Assembly (NCBI GenBank): GCA_964462795.1
Contig: CAYWZG010000001.1
Span: forward strand, 3,197-67,196
Length of the DNA stretch: 64,000 bases
DNA from: an uncultured Methanotrichaceae archaeon
Lineage (GTDB): Archaea; Halobacteriota; Methanosarcinia; Methanotrichales; Methanotrichaceae
Direction of reading: 5' to 3'
Made by a program: the position numbers and the translations under genes. Below the pieces are notes generated by a model. That model was not told where the DNA came from. It was given only the letters and a program-made list of their open reading frames with translations, and made no database searches. Numbering within the stretch: the first letter of the stretch is position 1; the number at the start of each line of letters is the position of its first letter. Below are positions 57,134 through 64,000 of this stretch, piece after piece.

Positions 57134-57868
57134 TTACTTCATCAACATATCTAGAATCACCTTCAGATCCTTCACGCTGATCTGCCCTGGAGCAGTCTCT
57201 TCGCCGATATAACCATAGGTGAAAACCGATCCATAAAGGGGTGCCATGACGCGAAGATGGCGGCCCAAAGGCCCCATTCCCATCAAACAGATGTATGTCC
57301 TTGTCTCCAAAAGAAGCTCGATAAGCGAAAGGCAGTCGTTAAGACTCTGAGGCGTCACTGCGATCTTCGCGATGTTGGAACCCACCTTGGACATCTCGTC
57401 TCTCAAGCGCTTAAGGGCTTCATAAGAGGGCATTCCCTGAAAATCGTGGTACGAGACGATGATGGGTTTATTCACTTGTTCCATCAATTGATCCCGGCCT
57501 TCGGCTCTGAACTCCACATCTACGAGGTTGGCCCATTTGGCAGCTTCGCAGAGGAGGGCGATTCTCTCATCCTCGTCACCACAAAACTTGCCGCCCTCTT
57601 GAAGCATCCTGTTGGTGGCAATTATGGGAAGGCGCGTTGCCTTCCGCAAGGCTTTGATCTCCTCGAGAGGATCGCCTGAGACGAGATCGAGCCGTATCTC
57701 CACCAAATCTGCACCCAGCTCTTCTGCCAGTCGTGCTTTAGAGGCAGCCTCGCCGCTGAGAGATGCGACGATGGCAGGTCCCTCTATCAAGAGATCGTCC
57801 AGATGCATGAATCTCCCGATCGACTGACTCTTCGATTGACTCTTTTTCGAACTCATTTTCAGACTCAC
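57134..57868 (-). CDS. aroD: 3-dehydroquinate dehydratase, type I
   Basis: VSYHDFQGMP and NIAKIAVTP (Schiff-base Lys context). The true start may be internal (MHLDD...). Confidence 0.8.
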   Translation of the reverse strand: MSLKMSSKKSQSKSQSIGRFMHLDDLLIEGPAIVASLSGEAASKARLAEELGADLVEIRLDLVSGDPLEEIKALRKATRLPIIATNRMLQEGGKFCGDEDERIALLCEAAKWANLVDVEFRAEGRDQLMEQVNKPIIVSYHDFQGMPSYEALKRLRDEMSKVGSNIAKIAVTPQSLNDCLSLIELLLETRTYICLMGMGPLGRHLRVMAPLYGSVFTYGYIGEETAPGQISVKDLKVILDMLMK

Positions 57869-57894
57869 TATTTTTCTAAATTCGTTTTTAGAGT

Positions 57895-59019
57895 TTACTT
57901 TTCCAAGATGCTCTCTTCGATCTTCATCCCAAAATGCCTTGCGACACCTTCCACGTGAACCAATACCTTGTCGCCCACTTTCAAGTCAGTTACAGACCTG
58001 GGCGTGCCGTCTTTGCAAACCAACTTTATGGTCTCGGCGTTCTGGAGAAGGGTGACTACTTTTTCGCCCTTCGCTTCGGCCTCAACTAACATAAGAGGGC
58101 GCTTTTCGATCTTGACTCTGCCCACCACAGCGGTCTGAGTTTCACCATCTTTGCTCACAACGGTCACTTCGTCTCCAGCCGAAAGCTCTGATAGGTACCG
58201 GGTCTTCTCCCCCACCATGATGTAAGCGTGGACTGCGCCAGCGTTCACCCTGAAGGGCCTTGCGGCAACGTAAGAGCTCTCTTCAGATTCGCTGTGAACT
58301 AGGAACTGAGCCTTGGCCTGAGACCCGACCAGCATGCCTTCGCCAACTTTCATCATGGTACAGGTATCCACGCAAACTCGATCTCCCATGCCAACAGGCC
58401 TAATCTCGGTGATTGTGGCTGGCATAAGATCGAGCTGTGCCATTCCAGCCTTCTCGGCCGCGGTCTGGGTCTTCTTGATCTGAGATAAATCTGCCGTGTC
58501 CAAAAGGATCCCGTCTGACCCTTTCTCCAGGGTTGTGAGGGCGATCTTGGCTTCTTCCGCGTTCTTGACGCCGCTTATTATCTTGCCATCAGACCCGTGC
58601 AACCCGGCGATGAGATTTTCCAGAGGGATGACTTTCCAGTCAGTTCCAATGACTATAATGTAGTCCACTTCTTTGCCAAGCTCGACGGCGAAGTTCTCGT
58701 AATCTTTGCCCCTTACCTCGACGTAACCGGCAATTGCACCCTCCGTGGTCTTTGCAAGGCTAATGTCAAGAGAATTTCTGGGGTCTTCAGGGAGAGGAAC
58801 GGACCCATCGCCTTCGCCGCCCCTGCCGATTATGAGTATGTCTTCAGACTCCCTTTCGGTGCCAAAACAGGCGACCTTTATATCGCCCAATTTTCTAACT
58901 CGATCGACGTCTTCTTGTTTCACCACAACGCAGTCGTACCCAGATTCAAGGGCGGTGGTTATTCGAGGCTTGAGGTCTTCCCAAGAACCCTCCGAGGCCA
59001 TGAGCCATTTCTCTTTCAT
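57895..59019 (-). CDS. aroB': 3-dehydroquinate synthase II (archaeal ADH-pathway type)
   Basis: 374 aa. N-terminus KEKWLMASEGSWEDLKPRITTALESGYDCVVV is typical of the archaeal type-II enzyme. Confidence 0.8.
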   Translation of the reverse strand: MKEKWLMASEGSWEDLKPRITTALESGYDCVVVKQEDVDRVRKLGDIKVACFGTERESEDILIIGRGGEGDGSVPLPEDPRNSLDISLAKTTEGAIAGYVEVRGKDYENFAVELGKEVDYIIVIGTDWKVIPLENLIAGLHGSDGKIISGVKNAEEAKIALTTLEKGSDGILLDTADLSQIKKTQTAAEKAGMAQLDLMPATITEIRPVGMGDRVCVDTCTMMKVGEGMLVGSQAKAQFLVHSESEESSYVAARPFRVNAGAVHAYIMVGEKTRYLSELSAGDEVTVVSKDGETQTAVVGRVKIEKRPLMLVEAEAKGEKVVTLLQNAETIKLVCKDGTPRSVTDLKVGDKVLVHVEGVARHFGMKIEESILEK

Positions 59020-59199
59020 GCCTGGTGAAATGCGTTGAAATTACAAATTCCTTTTGCAGATTTGTCGCACGGGTATTGCCACCACCTCGGGCCACGAAAC
59101 CGTTCTCATGAAAAGGGTCTGGCCATAGGACCGAAACATGTCAATTTTCATTACTTCGGGAGCACGGAGGGTCACGGATACCCCAACTTTTAGGTCGGT

Positions 59200-59492
59200 C
59201 TCGTTAACTCATGGAGTTAACGGGAGTTAGCGACGATAAGTCACTAACAGGAGGAAGTGAACCCTCGCCCGTTTTTCGTGTTCCTTTAAATCGGTAAAAC
59301 TTTGGAGACTGTTCAGAGGAAACCGAAAGTAGAGTTTCAATCGTGCAGATCTGGGAAATCTGGGCAACGAAGACTCAAAGATTTCTGAAATCCGGAAAAA
59401 CGGGCGTGCGGCCCCGAAGCATATCTCATCCTTTAGGGCGGGGTGGGCCGCACGCAATTTGATTTTTCGGGCATGATCCCTCGGATCATGTG
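59200..59492. ncRNA. Candidate structured non-coding RNA or leader (strand undetermined)
   Basis: Perfect hairpins at 59202-59222 (9 bp) and 59472-59490 (8 bp). An 11-bp GC-rich stem, 59404-59414 with 59445-59455. A 12-bp long-range pairing, 59266-59277 with 59395-59406. T-runs follow the GC stem on both strands. No convincing ORF. Confidence 0.3.
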
Positions 59493-59543
59493 CGTTTCAA
59501 ATAAAGATGCCCTTGAAGAACTGAAACCAATTTTTTAGGATTT

Positions 59544-59671
59544 TGTAGTCGAGAACCAATTGGATGAGACTAACTGGTTTTCGCCAGAATAGTGTTTAAC
59601 GATATGAATAGGTCAAATTTCAAACTCTTACAAGTTTGAAATTTGTCTGAAAGGTATCGTTAAGCACTATT
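59544..59671 (-). repeat. Intergenic repeat, full copy, reverse orientation (B then A)
   Basis: TGTAGTCGAGAACCAATTGG...CTGGTTTTCGCCAGAATAGTGTTTAACGATATGAATAGGTCAAATTTCAAACTCTTACAAGTTTGAAATTTGTCTGAAAGGTATCGTTAAGCACTAT. Confidence 0.9.
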
Positions 59672-59736
59672 ATGTCACACTCATCGTATCCCAAAATTAG
59701 ATATTGGTTGAATGGACATTACATAACTAGCAGTGG

Positions 59737-60075
59737 GTGATCAACATGATTGTGGTTACAGATGTAGCAGCCGAAGTTTTGAAGAGCACCATGCGTGAAG
59801 ACAAAGTTGTCAGGATGTTTTTGGTCAACATAGACGCCACCGGGGCTAACTATAATCTCGGTTGGGGCGATCCTCTCGATGACGACAAGGTCTTTGAGTG
59901 CAATGGCATAAAGATTTACATGACGCCCGACGATACCGAGATGCTCGGTGAAAGCGAAACAATAATAGACTACGTCGAGACCGAAGAGCTCGGACGCGGT
60001 TTCGTAATCCAAGGGCCCGAAGAAGACTCTTGCGAATGCGGTTACGATCATGAACATGGCGATTGCGGCTGTTGA
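59737..60075 (+). CDS. HesB/IscA-like Fe-S cluster insertion protein (atypical Cys pattern)
   Basis: IscA-like length and pattern (VTDVAAEVLKS...IKIYMTPDD...DYVE). C-terminal CECGYDHEHGDCGC. Confidence 0.55.
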   Translation: MINMIVVTDVAAEVLKSTMREDKVVRMFLVNIDATGANYNLGWGDPLDDDKVFECNGIKIYMTPDDTEMLGESETIIDYVETEELGRGFVIQGPEEDSCECGYDHEHGDCGC

Positions 60076-60136
60076 ACCGCCTCTCTTTTCATTTTATATT
60101 ACAGAATAGTGAGCATAAGATCAAGGAGATATCAGC

Positions 60137-60916
60137 ATGTTCAAAAATCACACTTATAACCGCATCGCAGGAATCAGTCTCTTACTGACCTCATTCCTGC
60201 TCGTTGGTTTTGCACAAGAGGCAGACATTGTGGTAAGTCCTGATGGCGAATACACTTCGATTCAGGCCGCAATTGACTTCGCGATCACTGGAGACATAAT
60301 CGAGGTCCAAAGTGGAATCTACGAAGAGAACGTGGACGTCAACAAGCCCATCACGCTCAGAGGGGCTGATACGGGGTCCTGGAAACCGGTGGTAGACGCG
60401 AAAGGTAACGGAACTGCCATAACCATATCTACAAATGGTGCCGTGCTGGAAAATTTCTGCGTCATCAATGCCGGGAAACACCCCAATGCCGGAATAAAGG
60501 TCACATCTGACAATAGCATCATATCCAACTGCAACGTCTGGAACAACGGACATTGGGGCGTATATTTGAACCGCGCAAAGGAGTGCCTGGTCACAGGATG
60601 CTTGATCAGCAACAATGGCAACGATGGGATTCTAGTATACCGCTCCAACAAGAACGTCCTCAGATACAACACGATCAGCAACAATGGCGATGGCGGCATC
60701 CAGTTGCTCGAATCCGACCAAAACTCCCTTGTGAGCAACTCTGCAGACATCAACATGGGTAGCGGCATCCTTCTCGACAATTCCCAGAACAATTTGGTCC
60801 GAGGCAATGCCATAACCAACAACATATTTGGAATCCAGCTCCGGAATTCCAGCACAGAGGGCGTTGGCCCCAACCTCTTCGTAAACAACACCCAAGATAC
60901 TCGCGTGGAGAGTTGA
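60137..60916 (+). CDS. Secreted right-handed parallel beta-helix repeat protein (NosD-like)
   Basis: Signal peptide. Repeated PbH1-type units (ISNCNVWNNGHWGVYL, VTGCLISNNGNDGILV, LRYNTISNNGDGGIQL, VRGNAITNNIFGIQL). Confidence 0.75.
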   Translation: MFKNHTYNRIAGISLLLTSFLLVGFAQEADIVVSPDGEYTSIQAAIDFAITGDIIEVQSGIYEENVDVNKPITLRGADTGSWKPVVDAKGNGTAITISTNGAVLENFCVINAGKHPNAGIKVTSDNSIISNCNVWNNGHWGVYLNRAKECLVTGCLISNNGNDGILVYRSNKNVLRYNTISNNGDGGIQLLESDQNSLVSNSADINMGSGILLDNSQNNLVRGNAITNNIFGIQLRNSSTEGVGPNLFVNNTQDTRVES

Positions 60917-61021
60917 ATAGACCACCCCTTACCCCCCATTTTTCCCTTCAAATCTTGAAGGGCGAGCGATTGAGGCGGTTTGGACGTGTGAATTTAAACG
61001 CGAAGATTTGAATAATATTAA

Positions 61022-62272
61022 ATGGCCGAGACGGATAAGCTCTTCCTTCGAAACCAATTTAACCTACGGAACCCACGTTCTCCTCCAGACATGCAAGATT
61101 ATTCCGTCAATCAGTTTTTGGAACTTGCCGGGACTCCCAAGATCGATATCGAGGTGTGTGACGTCACGCTCAGAGATGGCGAACAGATGCCAGGAGTCGT
61201 CTTCAGGCCCGACGAGAAGATAGACATCGCAGTCAGGCTGGACGAAGTTGGGGTCGAGATAATCGAAGCTGGCTTTCCGGTGGTCTCCGAAGCCGAGAAG
61301 AGGGCAGTAATGGACGTCTCCAAATTGGGCCTGAACGCCAAGATTTCGGTCCTTTCAAGGTCGGTCAAGAAAGATGTGGACGCAGCTTTAGACTGTGACG
61401 TGGACATGGTAAGCGTCTTTATAGCAACTTCTGATCTACACCTGAAATACAAGCTCCACATGAGCTGCGACGAGGCCGTAAGCTGCGCCTATGATACTCT
61501 GGAATATGCCAAGGACCACGGACTTATCGTCAGGTTCTCGGCGGAAGATGCCACCAGGACCGATTTTGGGCTTTTGAAGACGTTCTACAAAAAGGCCGAA
61601 GATTACGGTGCCGATTACGTGAGCATCGCCGACACAATTGGCATATTGAATCCCAGGACCACCTACTACATGGTAAGCGAGATCAAAAAGTTGGTGAATA
61701 TCCCTATCTGTATGCACTGTCACGATGACTTGGGCCTTGCGCTGGCAAACACGCTCGCTGCAGCAGAGGCCGGAGCCAAACAGCTTCACACCACAGTAAA
61801 TGGGATCGGTGAAAGGAGCGGGAACACCCCTCTTGAGGAGCTGATGGTGGCGCTAAAGGTTCATTATGGAATTGATCGGTACAACACCACAAAACTCTCG
61901 TCGCTTTCCCACCTCGTTCAGAGCTATTCTGGAGTTATCGTCTCCAAGAATAAGGCTGTAGTGGGTGAAAACGCCTTTGCTCATGAATCAGGCATCCACG
62001 TAGCTGCGGTTTTAGAAGAGCCCAGAACTTACGAGCTTTATTCTCCGGAGATGGTGGGGTCTGGCAGGAAGATCGTAATCGGGAAACATACCGGCGCCAA
62101 GGCTCTGAAGTACATCACCAAGAAGATGGGGTATAACCTGGAGAACGACGATATATGTCATCTCGCAGAGAAGGTGAAAAGGTGCAGCGAGTTCAAGCGC
62201 CCAATATCTTGTGAAGATCTGCGACGGCTGATCCACGACCTTGATATCGAGATTGTCTATCCAGACCTGTAA
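61022..62272 (+). CDS. 2-isopropylmalate/homocitrate/citramalate synthase family enzyme, short form without the LeuA regulatory domain
   Basis: DVTLRDGEQ and MHCHDDLGLALANTLAAAEAGA (HxH metal site). About 390 aa from the probable start MQDYS, so there is no LeuA-dimer R-domain. Confidence 0.8.
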   Translation: MAETDKLFLRNQFNLRNPRSPPDMQDYSVNQFLELAGTPKIDIEVCDVTLRDGEQMPGVVFRPDEKIDIAVRLDEVGVEIIEAGFPVVSEAEKRAVMDVSKLGLNAKISVLSRSVKKDVDAALDCDVDMVSVFIATSDLHLKYKLHMSCDEAVSCAYDTLEYAKDHGLIVRFSAEDATRTDFGLLKTFYKKAEDYGADYVSIADTIGILNPRTTYYMVSEIKKLVNIPICMHCHDDLGLALANTLAAAEAGAKQLHTTVNGIGERSGNTPLEELMVALKVHYGIDRYNTTKLSSLSHLVQSYSGVIVSKNKAVVGENAFAHESGIHVAAVLEEPRTYELYSPEMVGSGRKIVIGKHTGAKALKYITKKMGYNLENDDICHLAEKVKRCSEFKRPISCEDLRRLIHDLDIEIVYPDL

Positions 62273-62368
62273 ATCACCCATCATTAAAGTGACGGGCATT
62301 TGACGTGCCCGGGTTTACCAGATCATCAATTGGGAGATAATATAATTGATAATCGATAGGAACGAATT

Positions 62369-62497
62369 TATAGTCAAGAACCGATTAGATAACACTAATC
62401 AGTTCTCACCAGAATAGTGCTTAACGATACGAATAGGCCAAATCTCAAACTCTTGCGAGTTAGAGATTTAGCTCAAAGGTATCGTTAAGCACTATAG
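62369..62497 (-). repeat. Intergenic repeat, full copy, reverse orientation
   Basis: TATAGTCAAGAACCGATTAG...CTAATCAGTTCTCACCAGAATAGTGCTTAACGATACGAATAGGCCAAATCTCAAACTCTTGCGAGTTAGAGATTT...AAAGGTATCGTTAAGCACTATAG. Confidence 0.9.
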
Positions 62498-62733
62498 TTA
62501 CCCTGGAATGCCGCCTCAGTTTCAGGCTCTAAGGGCACCGGTTAAACAGTCCCGATGGGTAGGGGCAGTGCTTGTGCCATTCAAAACCGTTCCATATCCG
62601 ATCGAGAGGAAGTCGGATCCCGGGATTGACTCCACAATCTTGGGTACGCACAACTCCATTCGTGGAGGTAAACTCTATGTTAGTTTACACAAATTCGAAC
62701 GCGTGGGTTCAGGCAGTGGATCTAATTTAGGTG

Positions 62734-64000
62734 GTGGCTTTGGGCTGGTGGGGTGAGATACTCAGGGTAGACCTGAGCAGGAATGCCATATCAAAAGAGC
62801 GGCTCGATGAGGTCGTACTCTCTCGTTTTGTGGGCGGGAGGGGGCTTGGCGCAAAGCTGGTCTATGACGAAGTCGACCCAAAGGCGGATCCATTGGGGAT
62901 CGAAAACAGGCTGGTCTTTGCCGCAGGACCGCTCTCTGGGACCCGCGCGCCCACTTCCGGCAGGTTTTCAGCTTCTTTCAAGTCGCCCCTAACTGGCCTT
63001 ATCACCGACTGCAATTGCGGCGGGTTCTTTGGTCCCTGGATAAAGAAAGCCGGTTATGATGCCATCGTGATTCAGGGCACATCTGATGAGCCCTGTTACC
63101 TATCAGTCTCAGACCAAGGTTGTGACATTTTTGATGCTGGCGACTTTTGGGGAATGGGTACCTTTGAAACCGATAAAGTCCTTGAAAAGAAACATGGCGG
63201 CAAGGTGGCCTGCATCGGGCCTGCTGGTGAGTGTGGTGGGCTAATATCCAGCGTGATCGTCAATGGGAGACGTGCACTTGGAAGGGGTGGCATCGGTGCT
63301 GTGATGGGATCAAAGAAGCTAAAAGCCCTGGTAGTGGCTGGCAAAAAGAAGGTCCTAATTCAAGATGAAAAGCGGTTCGAAAGGGCCGTAGGTGTGGCAA
63401 AAGACCTCATCAAGGGAAAGATCAACAAAGGCTGGAGCCTTCCAGCCATGGGGACGCCCTCGATATTTCATATCTTGAACGCCGAAGGGATGTTGCCCGT
63501 CAAGAATTTTCAAGAGTCTGAGTGGCCGTTTGAGAAGGCAGATCTTGTCAGCGGCGAGCGGCTCAGGCAAGATTTCATCTCGGGAAAGCAGGGCTGTTAC
63601 ATGTGTCCCATCATATGTGGCCACAAGGTCACTTTGCCCGATGGAAACGAGATGAAGTCGCCAGAGTTTGAGACGCTCTGGTCATTTGGACCGGACCTTG
63701 ATAACTCCGATCTCGAGTCGATAGTGAAAGCTGGCGCCCTCTGTGACGACTACGGGCTAGATACCATATCCACTGGCGCTACAATCGCGTCTGCAATCGA
63801 GCTTGTGGAACTGGGCAAGCTGAAAGCCGATCTTGGGTGGAATGATCCTGAAAAGGTGCTACAGCTCATATCCAAGATCGCTCACATGGAAGGCATCGGG
63901 CAAGAGTTGGCAGAGGGCTCAAAAAGGTTGTGCGAACGTTATGGTGCACCCGAAACATCGATGAGTTCAAAGGGACTTGAACTTCCCGCCTACGATCCAC
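62734..64000 (+). CDS. aor: Aldehyde:ferredoxin oxidoreductase family tungsto/molybdo-pterin enzyme; the 3' end is outside the window
   Basis: Not in the supplied track. My translation of the frame opening after the TAG at 62728-62730 reads (V)ALGWWGEILRVDLSRN...LVFAAGPLSGT...GRGGIGAVMGSKKLKALVV...QGCYMCPIICGH...LCDDYGLDTIS, open to base 64000. Candidate starts are GTG 62731, GTG 62734 and TTG 62740. Confidence 0.85.
   Translation, partial: MALGWWGEILRVDLSRNAISKERLDEVVLSRFVGGRGLGAKLVYDEVDPKADPLGIENRLVFAAGPLSGTRAPTSGRFSASFKSPLTGLITDCNCGGFFGPWIKKAGYDAIVIQGTSDEPCYLSVSDQGCDIFDAGDFWGMGTFETDKVLEKKHGGKVACIGPAGECGGLISSVIVNGRRALGRGGIGAVMGSKKLKALVVAGKKKVLIQDEKRFERAVGVAKDLIKGKINKGWSLPAMGTPSIFHILNAEGMLPVKNFQESEWPFEKADLVSGERLRQDFISGKQGCYMCPIICGHKVTLPDGNEMKSPEFETLWSFGPDLDNSDLESIVKAGALCDDYGLDTISTGATIASAIELVELGKLKADLGWNDPEKVLQLISKIAHMEGIGQELAEGSKRLCERYGAPETSMSSKGLELPAYDP

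Noticed and set aside
59040-59540. Identification of the structured region as RNase P RNA or SRP (7S) RNA
   Set aside because: I could not find the conserved P4 (GAGGAAAGUCC-like / ACAGAA-type) or SRP helix-8 (GGAAGGGAGCA-like) sequences on either strand, so it is reported only as an unclassified candidate.
60319-60951. 210-aa minus-strand ORF
   Set aside because: It lies antisense to the beta-helix repeat gene, which has a signal peptide and regular PbH1 repeats. The antisense frame has neither.
566-62497. Possibility that the dispersed repeats are a CRISPR array
   Set aside because: The copies are kilobases apart, occur in both orientations, are about 130 bp long and are internally palindromic. 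There is no regular repeat-spacer periodicity and no cas genes.
62508-62756. 82-aa ORF upstream of and overlapping the AOR start
   Set aside because: It is in a different frame from the AOR gene, it overlaps the AOR start region in that other frame, and it has no motifs.
1-64000. tRNA and rRNA genes
   Set aside because: Scanning intergenic regions by eye for acceptor/T-loop signatures (GGTTCGAATCC-like) and for rRNA-like conserved blocks found nothing. This is not a substitute for tRNAscan/Infernal.

Overview
This 64 kb window looks archaeal, most likely from an anaerobic euryarchaeon (inference from gene content). The supporting genes are archaeal-type LeuRS, Hel308, ribosomal protein S17e, ThiDN, Dph6, type-II 3-dehydroquinate synthase, cdhAB (acetyl-CoA decarbonylase/synthase alpha and epsilon subunits), an HdrED/DsrMK-like pair, aldehyde:ferredoxin oxidoreductase, and UPF0216 and DUF2073-like families. 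I found no rRNA, tRNA or CRISPR array. Housekeeping blocks (argG, leuS, dapAB, thiDN, aroD/aroB', queC/dph6) alternate with envelope or accessory loci.

Five things stand out:
1. At 2536-8166 there is a four-gene operon with ATGA start/stop overlaps at all three junctions. It links two secreted repeat-domain proteins and a 5-TM membrane protein to a divergent tubulin/FtsZ-superfamily GTPase. This is my best candidate for an undescribed system.
2. A bipartite palindromic intergenic repeat of about 130 bp occurs at 11 or more loci. Its inner stem changes sequence between copies but stays paired.
3. At 26581-33966 there is a giant DUF11-type adhesin locus. The C-terminal domains of its two proteins recur as stand-alone genes about 8 kb downstream, and one pair shares a 259-bp tract of perfect nucleotide identity (gene-conversion signature).
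4. An intact radical-SAM-fold protein has lost all three cluster cysteines.
5. A hairpin-rich ORF-poor region of about 480 bp at 59040-59540 may encode an ncRNA.

All functional calls come from motif reading of the supplied translations. No database search was run.
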